A stretch of DNA of 64,000 nt, taken from the NCBI GenBank assembly GCA_964370475.1, contig CAYJJI010000005.1:1840-65839 (forward strand), read 5' to 3'. Source of the DNA: an uncultured Muribaculaceae bacterium (GTDB lineage: Bacteria; Bacillota_I; Bacilli_A; RF39; UBA660). Positions within the stretch are counted from its first letter, which is position 1, and each line of letters begins with the position of its first letter. Position numbers and translations under genes: made by a program. Positions 46,540 through 56,588 of the stretch are shown here, piece after piece. Below the pieces are notes generated by a model. That model ran no database searches. It was not told the origin of the DNA and was given only the letters and a program-made list of their open reading frames with translations.

Positions 46540-48039
46540 ATGAAGAGATTTAACCCTGAAAAAGAATTAAAAAAGCAGAATAAAAAGTATACAAAAAAAC
46601 ATTTAGTTTTTTCTTTATTGGGTTTAATATGTTTTACTATCTTAGGTATTTCTTTTGCTTATTATGAAGTTAGTGGAAGTTCTTTAGTAATAGATACATC
46701 TGTTGATGCACCAATAAAGTTAGTGGTTTATTTAGAAGGTGAAGAAGTTAGTGATTTTCCTTCTAAAAGTTCTGGGTTTGGATTTGATTCTATGAATTGT
46801 GTTAATGGTAGTAATGGATTTTGGAATGAAGATACGTGGAAGTTAACTATTGATTTTTTTAGTAATGATGTTTGTAGTGTTTATTTTGAACCAGTTCCTT
46901 ATACTGAGAAGATATTAGTGGGATCAGATCCAGTTCTTGATTCTAAAATGTTACCTGTTAATATTTCAGATGCTGGAGTAGTTACTATAGCTGATGAGTA
47001 TTTAGAGTGGTATTCTTATGCCAATAAAGAATGGGCGAATGCTGTAATAGTTGATACTTCTTTTACTAATAATACTCCTGGAACTGTTATTCCGATGGAT
47101 AAGATAGAGCAGATGTATGTGTGGATACCAAGGTATTCTTATGATTTAGCAAGTATTGTATCTGCTTATGAAGCTATCGATGTTACATTTGTTAATAATA
47201 CTCAAGAAGCTCATCCTGCTTTTACGTTTGGTGATGCTGAATTGGATGGTTTGTGGGTAGGTAAGTTTGAACAGGGAGAAGATAATAGAATTATACCTAA
47301 TGTGAATTCTATGCACGAAAAAAATATTTATACATTATATGATACTATTAATAATGCAATGAATACTCATTCTTTAGATGTATCAACTGATGTTCATATG
47401 ATGAAAAATACTGAATGGGGACTTGTAGCTTATTTTTCGCAATCAAAATATGGTGTTTGTAATAGTGATGGAACTTGTAGTAATAAAGTAGCTAATAACA
47501 ATTATTTTAATGATAATATTGAATTTGATATTGTTACTGGTTGTGGTGGTATTGATACTGCTGTTGCAAATAATAATACGGGAATTGATATTTGTCCTAG
47601 TACTAATAGGTGGAATACTGTCAATGGTATGGGTGCTAGTACAACTAATAATATTACTGGTATATATGATATGGCTGGTGGAAGATATGAATTTGTTATG
47701 GGTACTATGTTGAGTGCTTCTTCTAGTTTTGATACTACTTATTCTGGATTTTCTTCTGTTCCTGATAGTAAGTATTATGATGCTTATGTATATGGTACTT
47801 CTTCGGAAGATTATTCTAGAGGTATTGTAGGTGATGGAGTTTTAGATATAAATCCTACTGCTATTGCAATGCCAACTTGGCATTATGATTATTTCTTCTT
47901 TTTAAATAACGACCTTAATTGGGTTTTAAGAGGGGGAATGGCAGAAGTTTCTGAGTTTTCAGGTATTTGGAATTATTATGCTTTTTATGGTGTTCCTTAT
48001 GCTAGTGCATCAGCGAGGTCTGTTGCAGTAATAAAATAA
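46540..48039 (+). CDS. membrane-anchored FGE-sulfatase-like domain protein; paralogue 2
   Basis: Signal anchor. Blocks LWVGKFEQGEDN, MKNTEWGLVAYFSQSKYG, TGIYDMAGGRYEFVMG and WVLRGG. Confidence 0.5.
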   Translation: MKRFNPEKELKKQNKKYTKKHLVFSLLGLICFTILGISFAYYEVSGSSLVIDTSVDAPIKLVVYLEGEEVSDFPSKSSGFGFDSMNCVNGSNGFWNEDTWKLTIDFFSNDVCSVYFEPVPYTEKILVGSDPVLDSKMLPVNISDAGVVTIADEYLEWYSYANKEWANAVIVDTSFTNNTPGTVIPMDKIEQMYVWIPRYSYDLASIVSAYEAIDVTFVNNTQEAHPAFTFGDAELDGLWVGKFEQGEDNRIIPNVNSMHEKNIYTLYDTINNAMNTHSLDVSTDVHMMKNTEWGLVAYFSQSKYGVCNSDGTCSNKVANNNYFNDNIEFDIVTGCGGIDTAVANNNTGIDICPSTNRWNTVNGMGASTTNNITGIYDMAGGRYEFVMGTMLSASSSFDTTYSGFSSVPDSKYYDAYVYGTSSEDYSRGIVGDGVLDINPTAIAMPTWHYDYFFFLNNDLNWVLRGGMAEVSEFSGIWNYYAFYGVPYASASARSVAVIK

Positions 48040-48052
48040 TTATGGAGGTTTT

Positions 48053-49534
48053 ATGAAGATTAATGAAAAAAATAAATTGAAACAAGTTCAAAAGAAAGTT
48101 AGAGAACGCTTAGTTACTTCTTTGTGTTGTTTAATATTTTTATCAATACTAGGTATTAGTTATATATTATTAAACTCTAATACTAATGAGATTTATTCTG
48201 TAGAGGAAAGCACTAATGAATTACTTGTATATGTTGATGGTGAACAAGTGTCTGAATTTCCGTCTAAAGCAGCAGGTTATCTATATGAGACTATAACTTG
48301 TAAGAATAATTCTGTTGGTACGTGGGATGATACTACTTGGAGTCTTAGTATTGAGTTTTCAAAGAATGATGCTTGTATTGTATATTTTGTTAAACCTTAT
48401 ACAGAAACATTACTAGCTGGGTCTGATCCAGTATTAGATAGTAAAATGGTACCAGTTAATATTTCTGATACTGGAGTTGTAACGGTTGCTGATATTTTTA
48501 AAGAGTGGTATAACTATAATAATAAAGAATGGGCGAATGCTGTAATAGTAGATCCAACATTTACAACATTAGATTCAGGTACTACAATACCAATGGATAA
48601 AATAGAGCAGATGTATGTATGGATACCGAGATATGAATATGATGCAGCAAGTATTGAAAGTGCTGCTCATGCAATAGATGTAACTTTTGTTGATAAAACA
48701 CAGGATGCTCATCCAGCATTCACTTTTGGTACTGATGAATTATCGGGCATATGGGTAGGTAAGTTTGAACAAGGTGAAGATAATACAATAAGACCAAATC
48801 AAAATTCAATACATCTGATGAATGTATCAACTTTATATGATAATGTAAATAATGCAATGACTACATACTCATTAGATGCAACTACAGATGTACATATGAT
48901 AAAAAATACTGAATGGGGAGCTGTGGCATATTTATCACAATCAAAATATGGAGTATGTAATAGTGATGGAACATGTAGTGCAAAAATAGAAAATAATAAT
49001 TATTATAATAATACTTCATGGGATGTGGTGACAGGATGTGGCGGAACTGATGTAAACCAACCTTCTTCTGAATCAGGAATTGCCATTTGTCCAGTAGAAA
49101 ATAGATGGACGACAGAAAACGGAGTAGAAGCAAGTACAACGCATAATATAACAGGAATATATGATATGGCTGGAGGAAGAAATGAATATGTAATGGGAAA
49201 TATGCAAGATAGTAGCGGTAATTTCTATTCAAGAAACTCAGGATTTACAACAGCACCAGATTCAAAGTACTATGACTCATATGCATATGGAACTTCTGAT
49301 ACTGATTATAATAGAGGCCTTCCAGGAGATGCAACGATAGAGTTAAATCCTTCAGGCGTTGATATGTCCAACTGGAACAATGATACTGCTGCTTTCTTGA
49401 ACTCGATCACTTCTTGGTTCTTGCGAGGAGGACCTTATCTTGGTAGTTATGGTGGAATTTGGTACTTCAACGATAATGATGGTTATGCGGGCAGTATTGA
49501 TTCAACCCGCTCGGTTCTTTCTTCTGTATATTAA
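48053..49534 (+). CDS. membrane-anchored FGE-sulfatase-like domain protein; paralogue 3 (3' half compositionally distinct)
   Basis: It is about 60% identical to paralogue 2 and shares identical 28-nt stretches with it (AATAAAGAATGGGCGAATGCTGTAATAGT). Synonymous positions switch from T-ending to A-ending codons (GCA/ACA/GGA/GTA) and GC rises from about 48600 onward. Confidence 0.5.
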   Translation: MKINEKNKLKQVQKKVRERLVTSLCCLIFLSILGISYILLNSNTNEIYSVEESTNELLVYVDGEQVSEFPSKAAGYLYETITCKNNSVGTWDDTTWSLSIEFSKNDACIVYFVKPYTETLLAGSDPVLDSKMVPVNISDTGVVTVADIFKEWYNYNNKEWANAVIVDPTFTTLDSGTTIPMDKIEQMYVWIPRYEYDAASIESAAHAIDVTFVDKTQDAHPAFTFGTDELSGIWVGKFEQGEDNTIRPNQNSIHLMNVSTLYDNVNNAMTTYSLDATTDVHMIKNTEWGAVAYLSQSKYGVCNSDGTCSAKIENNNYYNNTSWDVVTGCGGTDVNQPSSESGIAICPVENRWTTENGVEASTTHNITGIYDMAGGRNEYVMGNMQDSSGNFYSRNSGFTTAPDSKYYDSYAYGTSDTDYNRGLPGDATIELNPSGVDMSNWNNDTAAFLNSITSWFLRGGPYLGSYGGIWYFNDNDGYAGSIDSTRSVLSSVY

Positions 49535-49808
49535 TAAAACGAACATTCATTTATTATAAAGTACATTCCCAATAGAAATCGAATGTGAAAGTCCTAAAAA
49601 TAGCATGAGCTTTGAACGTTACTACCTATACTTACCATTCCGATGAATGTAGCAATAATCAGGGCGGGTAATAAATAGGTGTGATGTGTAATGGAATAAT
49701 TAGTACTTATTAAGTGCTTGAATACTTAAAGAAATGGAACTTATCTGTTTCTTTTTTTGTTGATTGATAAGATATTAGATACATGATATTATTGTAATAG
49801 GTGAAATT

Positions 49809-50495
49809 ATGAATCAAGATAAAGTTGGTAAATATATATATAATTTAAGAAGTAAGAATAAAATGACTCAGGGAGAATTTGCTACTAAGATAGGTGTTAC
49901 TGCACAAGCTGTATCTAAATGGGAAAATGGAAGAGGGATTCCTGACATTGAGATTCTTAAGATAATTAGTAATGAATTTAATGTTTCTATAGATAGTATT
50001 TTAGGTAATAAAAAGAAGTCTTATATATGGATTGTTATTTTTGGAATTGTTCTTGTTTTAGGAATTATTATTATGTTGTTTTTATTTAAAAATGAAGAAT
50101 ATAATTTAGGAGTTATTAAATCTGGTAATGATGAGTTTATAATTACTGGAGCAGCTTCTTATAGTAGTGATAAGAAATCTATACATATTACTGATATTAA
50201 TTATATAAGGGAAGATGAGAATTTGTATGAGTTACTTGAATTTTCTTTGTATGAAACTGAAGGGGATATTACTAAGAAATTAATTGATGGTAGAAATGTA
50301 GATATAAGTGTTGATTTTAAAGATGGATTATTAATTAATGAATTAATAGATAGTGCTGATTTATATATTGATAATTATAATTCTATTTGTTCTGATTTAG
50401 AAAATCCTAATTTATTTATTAGAATTAGTTTATTAAGTGAAAGTGGTTTAATAATTAATCATGAAGTACCTTTGGTATTTGATTATACATGTTAA
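49809..50495 (+). CDS. membrane-anchored XRE-family (Cro/C1 HTH) transcriptional regulator
   Basis: The HTH QGEFATKIGVTAQAVSKWENGRGIPD is followed by one TM helix and an extracellular domain of about 130 aa. Confidence 0.7.
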   Translation: MNQDKVGKYIYNLRSKNKMTQGEFATKIGVTAQAVSKWENGRGIPDIEILKIISNEFNVSIDSILGNKKKSYIWIVIFGIVLVLGIIIMLFLFKNEEYNLGVIKSGNDEFIITGAASYSSDKKSIHITDINYIREDENLYELLEFSLYETEGDITKKLIDGRNVDISVDFKDGLLINELIDSADLYIDNYNSICSDLENPNLFIRISLLSESGLIINHEVPLVFDYTC

Positions 50496-50576
50496 CGTAT
50501 CGTTTAGTTGTTTAAACAAGAAGTTTATTTAACTTTTTGTTTTTTTATGGAATAATGTTTATGAGGTGGAAAAAAT

Positions 50577-51167
50577 ATGAAAAAATTTGTTTGGTTAATC
50601 TTGGGGGTTGGGGTTGTATTAATAAGTGTTGGGGTATACTTTTTATTTAAAGATGAAGAAGTGGTTTATGTTGATGAGTTCTTAAATGCTTATACTGAAG
50701 TTAATTCGGGACATAAGTTTTCAATTACGGGAATTAATGATGTTATTAATATTTTAGAAAATGGTAGTGGAGTTGTATTTATTGGTTTTCCTGAGTGTAA
50801 ATGGTGTCAGGCTTATGCTCCAATATTAGATGAAGTTGGTAGAGAGTTAAATATTAATACTATTTATTATTTAGATATTAGAGAAGATAGAGCTGATAAT
50901 AGTTCGGAATATTTAAAGATAGTAGAAATTTTAAAAGAATACTTAGAGCTTGATGACGAGGGGAATCCTCGTATATATGTTCCTACAGTAGTTGGAGTAA
51001 TTGATGGAGAAATAGTTGGTTTTGATGATGAGACTAGTTTAGATACTGGAGGATTTACTGAAACTAGTGATTATTGGAGTGATGAAGAAGTATCTGAGCT
51101 TAAAGAAAATTTAAGACTGTTCATGAGTGATGTTGTTGATAGTGGTTGTTCTAGTTGTGATTTTTAA
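50577..51167 (+). CDS. membrane-anchored thioredoxin-fold protein (CxxC)
   Basis: N-terminal TM helix. The CKWC motif occurs in a thioredoxin-like context (VVFIGFPECKWCQAYAPIL) and there is a CSSC at the C-terminus. Confidence 0.55.
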   Translation: MKKFVWLILGVGVVLISVGVYFLFKDEEVVYVDEFLNAYTEVNSGHKFSITGINDVINILENGSGVVFIGFPECKWCQAYAPILDEVGRELNINTIYYLDIREDRADNSSEYLKIVEILKEYLELDDEGNPRIYVPTVVGVIDGEIVGFDDETSLDTGGFTETSDYWSDEEVSELKENLRLFMSDVVDSGCSSCDF

Positions 51168-51205
51168 TATATTTCGATATAATATATTTTATATGGAGGA
51201 TTGAA

Positions 51206-51550
51206 ATGATACATAAAATGAATTTACAAAACGGACCTTTTAATAAAATAATGGAAGGTAGTAAGACAATAGAGATGAGACTTAATGATGAGAAACGTCA
51301 GTTACTTAGTGTAGGAGATTTTATTGAATTTAATAATTCTGATACTGATATATTATTGATGGGTGAAGTAATAGGTTTACATAAATTTAGAAATTTTGAA
51401 GAAATGTATGATGCATTTGATAAAATTAGTGTTGGATACGAAGAGTGGGAAGATGCAATACCTAGTGATATGTCACAATATTATTCAGAAGATGATATTT
51501 TGAAATATGGGGTACTTGGAATAGAATTAAAGTTAGTTAAGGAAGTATAA
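51206..51550 (+). CDS. ASCH-domain protein
   Basis: Small beta-barrel pattern with GSKTIEMRLNDEKRQLLSVGDFIEF. Confidence 0.5.
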   Translation: MIHKMNLQNGPFNKIMEGSKTIEMRLNDEKRQLLSVGDFIEFNNSDTDILLMGEVIGLHKFRNFEEMYDAFDKISVGYEEWEDAIPSDMSQYYSEDDILKYGVLGIELKLVKEV

Positions 51551-51551
51551 G

Positions 51552-53489
51552 ATGTTAAATAGTAGAACAAAAAAATTATTACTTGGTGTAGGAGCTTTTA
51601 TATTAGCTTTTATGTTATTTGTAGGAGCTAGACAAAATACTAATGATGAAGTTTTAATAGAGGATAGTATTATTGCTTCTCAAAGTAAGATAGATGATAG
51701 TTTAAAGAGTAGAGGTTATACAATAGATGATCCTAATGTAGTTGTAAATCCTTATGGAATTTCTCCTTTAAGTGCTCTTGTAATATTTGAAACTGAGGAG
51801 AATGTTACACCAGTTGTTGTGATTGAAGGAAAAGATGAGTTAAGTACATATACTCATGAATTTAGTTCTGGTAAAGAACATTATTTACCAATATATGGAT
51901 TGTATCCTGATACTGAGAATGTTGTTACAATAAGTTTCGGTTATGAAGAAAAGGAAATAATAATTAAAACAGATCCGTTACCTAATGATTTTCCAACTAC
52001 TGAAATTGTTAAAAGTGATGAAAGTAAGTTGAGTAATGATTTATACTTTTTTACACCAGCTATGCAAAGTTATACGTTTGCAGCTGATGTAAATGGTGAT
52101 ATTCGTTGGTATTTAGATACTATTGCTATATGGAAGATTGATAGATTAGAAAATGGTCGTTTATTACTTAGCAGTGATAGACCTATAAATCCGCCATATT
52201 ATAATACTGGCTTAGTAGAAATGGATATGTTGGGTAAAGTATATACAGAGTTTGCCTTGCCTGGTGGATATCATCATGATTACTTTGAACTAGAAAATGG
52301 TAATTTAATAGTTGCAAGTGATGATTTTTCTGGTGATACTGTTGAAGATATAATAGTAGAAGTTGATCGTTCTTCAGGTGATATTGTTAAAACAATAGAT
52401 TTAAAGGATATATTGCCAATGCATTCTGGTAAATCAGAGCAATGGATTGATTATGATTGGTTTCATAATAATAGTACTTGGTATGATGAGGAAACTGATC
52501 AATTAATTTTATCTGGTCGTCATCAAGATGCTGTTGTAAGTATTGATTATTCATCTACCCAATTAAATTGGATCATAGGTGATCCTACTAATTGGGATGA
52601 AGAATATTTAGAATATTTCTTTGAACCTATAGGAGGAGAATTTGAGTGGCAATGGTCTCAACATGCTGCAATGATTACTCCAGAAGGTTATATATTTATA
52701 TTAGATAATGGAAATAATAAGAGTAAAATAGAAGAGGATTATGTACCAGCTACTGATAGTTATACTAGAGGTGTTATGTATGAAATTAATACTGATGAAA
52801 TGACTATTGAACAAGTATGGGAATATGGTAAAGATCGTGGAAGTGATTTTTATTCACCTTATATTTCAGATGTTGATTATATAGATGAAGATCATTATAT
52901 AGTTCATTCTGGTGGTGTAGTGTTAGTTGATGGAGTTATTCAAAATGCTCCTGCTGGATTAACTGAAAATACTGAAATGGAATCTTATACTGTTGAATTA
53001 TTAAATAATAAAGTTATTTTTGAGATTAATGTTAATACTAACTTATATAGAGTTGAAAAAATGTCTTTATATGGTAATGATGAATTTGAATTAGTTACAG
53101 GTAAATATAGGGGGTCACTTGGTGAAACTGTTAAAGATGATGTTAAGGTTGGAATACATCCGTTAATTAATAGTATTGATGATACTTATGAATCTCATAA
53201 TATTAGTTTTGTTAAAGAGTCGGATAGATTAGTCTTTGAAGGTCAATTTTTACAAGGAACTAATGTTCAGATTGTATTAAATAAAGGTTTTGTATCTAGT
53301 TATTATAATTTAAAGGTTTCTAAGAAACCATATACTGCTTTATGTGTAGATGTTTATACTGAAGAAGAAACTGAAAATGGAATAGTTGTTAATAAGTATA
53401 TTAATGATGAAGGTTTAGATGGTAAATATGATATTTACTTAATGATTAATGATACTTTGTATAATACTAATGAATATGTAGTGTTTTAG
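51552..53489 (+). CDS. membrane-anchored beta-propeller protein, possibly arylsulfate sulfotransferase (ASST)-like
   Basis: N-terminal anchor. Repeated blade-like segments and an HHD motif (LPGGYHHDYFELENGNLIV). The family assignment is tentative. Confidence 0.35.
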   Translation: MLNSRTKKLLLGVGAFILAFMLFVGARQNTNDEVLIEDSIIASQSKIDDSLKSRGYTIDDPNVVVNPYGISPLSALVIFETEENVTPVVVIEGKDELSTYTHEFSSGKEHYLPIYGLYPDTENVVTISFGYEEKEIIIKTDPLPNDFPTTEIVKSDESKLSNDLYFFTPAMQSYTFAADVNGDIRWYLDTIAIWKIDRLENGRLLLSSDRPINPPYYNTGLVEMDMLGKVYTEFALPGGYHHDYFELENGNLIVASDDFSGDTVEDIIVEVDRSSGDIVKTIDLKDILPMHSGKSEQWIDYDWFHNNSTWYDEETDQLILSGRHQDAVVSIDYSSTQLNWIIGDPTNWDEEYLEYFFEPIGGEFEWQWSQHAAMITPEGYIFILDNGNNKSKIEEDYVPATDSYTRGVMYEINTDEMTIEQVWEYGKDRGSDFYSPYISDVDYIDEDHYIVHSGGVVLVDGVIQNAPAGLTENTEMESYTVELLNNKVIFEINVNTNLYRVEKMSLYGNDEFELVTGKYRGSLGETVKDDVKVGIHPLINSIDDTYESHNISFVKESDRLVFEGQFLQGTNVQIVLNKGFVSSYYNLKVSKKPYTALCVDVYTEEETENGIVVNKYINDEGLDGKYDIYLMINDTLYNTNEYVVF

Positions 53490-53507
53490 AAATGAAAAAA
53501 GAAATAC

Positions 53508-54425
53508 TTAGGATTTCATTCCTTGATAAGTATTTCTTTTTTTCATTTCTTTATCGATGTCATTTAAGACAACGAATTTTTTTAATAACCATGATGGTTC
53601 TATAAGATCTTCTAATTTTGGGTCACCTGTTATTCGATTTATAATGATTGTATCTTTTAAATGTTCTAGTTGTTCTACAACTATGTCTATGTATTCGTCT
53701 TTTGATAAAATTTTAAATTTATCTTTGTTATATATATCTGCTAATTCAGTGTTTTTAATTACATGTAACATATGAATTTTCAACCCCCATATAGGAAGGG
53801 TATTTAAGTATTTAGCGGTATCTATCATCATTTCTTTTGTTTCATATGGTAAACCATTTATTATATGAACTAATACTTTAATGTTTCTCTTATGGAGTTC
53901 GTAAACCATTTCTTCGAAATTTTGTAAGTCATGACCTCTTTTAATAAATTTTAATGTTCTATCATGCATTGATTGAAGTCCTAGTTCTATAGTTAAATCT
54001 GTTCTTTTATTTAGTTCTTCTAAATAGTCTAGAACTTCATTACTTATTGAATCACTTCTTGTACTTATGTTTAATCCAACAACGTTATCTAGTTTTAAGA
54101 TAGATTCATAGTAGTTTTTTAATGTTTTTAAATCTGCATAGGTGTTTGTGTTTGCTTGAAAGTAACCGATGTAGTATCCATCTTTCCATTTTTTTTCCAT
54201 CATTACTTTTATATCATTGAATTGTTTTATTAAATCATCTTTGACATTACCTGCAAAATCTCCTGAACCTGATGGAGAACAATAAATACATCCTTTGTTA
54301 TTTACTTTATTTGGACATGAAAAATTAGCATTAAGAGAAATTTTAAATACCTTTTTGCCATATTTGTTTTTATAATAATAGTCTAAAGTATGATATCTTT
54401 TGTTGTCGATTGCGTATTTGAACAT
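53508..54425 (-). CDS. radical SAM protein, TIGR01212 (YhcC-like) family
   Basis: The start is refined to the ATG at 54425 (MFKYAIDN) with RBS GGTGAT. The CxxxCxxC-like cluster FSCPNKVNNKGCIYCSP is typical of this family. Confidence 0.7.
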   Translation of the reverse strand: MFKYAIDNKRYHTLDYYYKNKYGKKVFKISLNANFSCPNKVNNKGCIYCSPSGSGDFAGNVKDDLIKQFNDIKVMMEKKWKDGYYIGYFQANTNTYADLKTLKNYYESILKLDNVVGLNISTRSDSISNEVLDYLEELNKRTDLTIELGLQSMHDRTLKFIKRGHDLQNFEEMVYELHKRNIKVLVHIINGLPYETKEMMIDTAKYLNTLPIWGLKIHMLHVIKNTELADIYNKDKFKILSKDEYIDIVVEQLEHLKDTIIINRITGDPKLEDLIEPSWLLKKFVVLNDIDKEMKKRNTYQGMKS

Positions 54426-54560
54426 TTTTATCACCAATGTTATTTTATCATGATAATAATTTTAGTCAATAGTGTATTTTTTTTATCATTATTATATAAA
54501 ATGTTACTCTTTTATTTTGTTATAACTTGTGATATATTGTTATTAGAATAGGTGATTAGT

Positions 54561-56498
54561 ATGGGTTATTTAAGAGAAAAATTTTGTAATAATAAAATGT
54601 TATTTATTACTTTAGGAGTGGTACTTTCTATCGCTGTTGCTGTTGGGATATCTTATGCAATATGGATTTTAACAAATACTCAAACGAGTAAAAATATAGT
54701 ACAAACAGGTTGTTTTGATATTACATTTGTTGAAGATACAGATGGTATAGAGTTAAGGAATGCGTATCCAATCACTGATGAGGCAGGTGTAAAATTATCA
54801 CCATATACTTTTACAATTACAAATACTTGTGATATTGCTGCTGGATATCAAGTTAATATTGAAATGTTAAATACAACAACACTTGATCATTCATTATTAA
54901 AAACTGTTCTTGATACTGGTACACCTACTATATTAAACACAAATAGCATAGTAGTGGAAACAATAGCTGATGCTACATCATATATGATTTATCAAGGTAT
55001 CTTAGAAAAAGATCAGTCAGTTACTCATAATTTAAGAATGTGGTTGGATGAATCGGCTACTTTAGAAAATTCGCAGAAAAAATTAGCTGAATCAAAAGTT
55101 GTTATAATTGCAACTCCTACAAAAGTTCCTGGTGCTGCGGATGAAATTCAACTTTGTAAAGATGAATATGCTATGCGAGGTTATACTGCAACATCTGGAT
55201 CGGAATTTAATTATATTTACGGTGATGATGGTGTAGTTATTCATAAATATACTGGTACTTCAACAGATTTAGTAATACCTTGTGAAATAGATAACAAACC
55301 TGTTGTTGAAGTAGGTGGAGATGCAATTGTATGTGGTGGTGAAGGTTGTTTAAATAAAGTGACGATTTCTCAATCGATTGATAGTGTTGTGATTCCTTCA
55401 ACGGTTAATGTTATTAAAGAATATGCTTTCTATGATACTTGGGCTTTAAATGAGTTGATTATATTAGATGGAGTAGAGATTATTGGAAATAATATATATA
55501 ATAACCCTCCAGCTAGTGTTGAAATTGGATTTGATAATATTTTACATATTTCAGAAAATATATATAATAGTCTTTTAGCAAATTATTCTAGTCAATTTTC
55601 TGATGTTTTAGTAAAAAATACTGATGCAAATGGATTTGAATATTTAAGTGTTAAAGATAATAATACTTTTAAGCAACTAATATCTTATAGTGGAAGTAGT
55701 GAGAATATAACTATACCTGATGGAGTGACATCTATATCTGGTAATGCTTTAAATCGTACATGGTCATCTGTATATCCGTCATTAAAAAATATATTTATAC
55801 CAGATAGTGTTGTGTTTATTGAAGATATTACTTCTGGGTATGAAGGCTCGCCGTTTGGAACTAATGAACTTACAGTAAATGCTGATGGTTTTGTTTATAC
55901 ATTAAACGCAGATGGAACTCCGCATACAATATATGATTATTATGGAACTGACAAAGATATTGTGATTCCAGAAGGTACTTTATATATTGATGAGTATGCA
56001 TTTCAATATGCTGATTTAACTAGTGTAGTAATACCTGCGAGTGTTAAGACAATTGGACATTATGCATTTGATTATAATCAACTTACTAATGTAGTTATTC
56101 CTAATGATATTGTTGAAGTATCAAGTAGAGCATTTACTAATAATCCTTTTCAAACAACTGCAGAAGGGTTTAATTGTACATATAATGCTGATGGATCTCC
56201 TCATACTATATATGGTTATAGTGGTTCTGAGACTGATTTAGAACTACCTGAGGGAACTAAATACTTGAATAAGTTTGGAGTTTATAATTTAAATTCATTA
56301 TATTTGCCGGATAGTTTTATTAGTTTAGATAATACTTTTTACGGATTGCCAAATGATGTATATGTAGCAGGAAGATCGTCTAGTGGCTTTTCGATAGTTC
56401 CTCCTCAAATAGCTGATAATTTTACATCTAATACTTTTACATATGAATTAGATAGTAACATTAGTAAAGAAGATTGGTTGGCAAGTTTACAACCATAA
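54561..56498 (+). CDS. surface protein with BspA-type leucine-rich repeats
   Basis: ATG at 54561 after a GGTGAT RBS. Signal anchor. An N-terminal beta-rich domain is followed by LRR_5-type repeats (VIPEGTLYIDEYAFQYADLTSVVIPASVKTIGHYAFDYNQLTNVVIP). Confidence 0.6.
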   Translation: MGYLREKFCNNKMLFITLGVVLSIAVAVGISYAIWILTNTQTSKNIVQTGCFDITFVEDTDGIELRNAYPITDEAGVKLSPYTFTITNTCDIAAGYQVNIEMLNTTTLDHSLLKTVLDTGTPTILNTNSIVVETIADATSYMIYQGILEKDQSVTHNLRMWLDESATLENSQKKLAESKVVIIATPTKVPGAADEIQLCKDEYAMRGYTATSGSEFNYIYGDDGVVIHKYTGTSTDLVIPCEIDNKPVVEVGGDAIVCGGEGCLNKVTISQSIDSVVIPSTVNVIKEYAFYDTWALNELIILDGVEIIGNNIYNNPPASVEIGFDNILHISENIYNSLLANYSSQFSDVLVKNTDANGFEYLSVKDNNTFKQLISYSGSSENITIPDGVTSISGNALNRTWSSVYPSLKNIFIPDSVVFIEDITSGYEGSPFGTNELTVNADGFVYTLNADGTPHTIYDYYGTDKDIVIPEGTLYIDEYAFQYADLTSVVIPASVKTIGHYAFDYNQLTNVVIPNDIVEVSSRAFTNNPFQTTAEGFNCTYNADGSPHTIYGYSGSETDLELPEGTKYLNKFGVYNLNSLYLPDSFISLDNTFYGLPNDVYVAGRSSSGFSIVPPQIADNFTSNTFTYELDSNISKEDWLASLQP

Positions 56499-56588
56499 TT
56501 AAAGATGTCGGATTCTTCTGATGTTTTTTTTATTGTTTTTCTTGTTTTCTTTATTCATGTATTGTAGAATAGCTTAATGAGGTTTTTT

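Noticed and set aside
47510-49232. ORFs 47510..47713 (+) and 48882..49232 (-) within the FGE-like paralogues
   Set aside because: They are alternative-frame or antisense artefacts with repetitive hydrophobic composition.
49535-49808. GC-richer intergenic spacer considered as a possible tRNA/ncRNA or transposase remnant
   Set aside because: No cloverleaf-compatible stems, no conserved tRNA boxes and no protein-like frame on either strand were found. It is kept only as part of the compositional-shift observation.
53557-53775. 72-aa plus ORF antisense to the radical SAM gene
   Set aside because: It is antisense to a CDS that carries the canonical radical-SAM cysteine motif.
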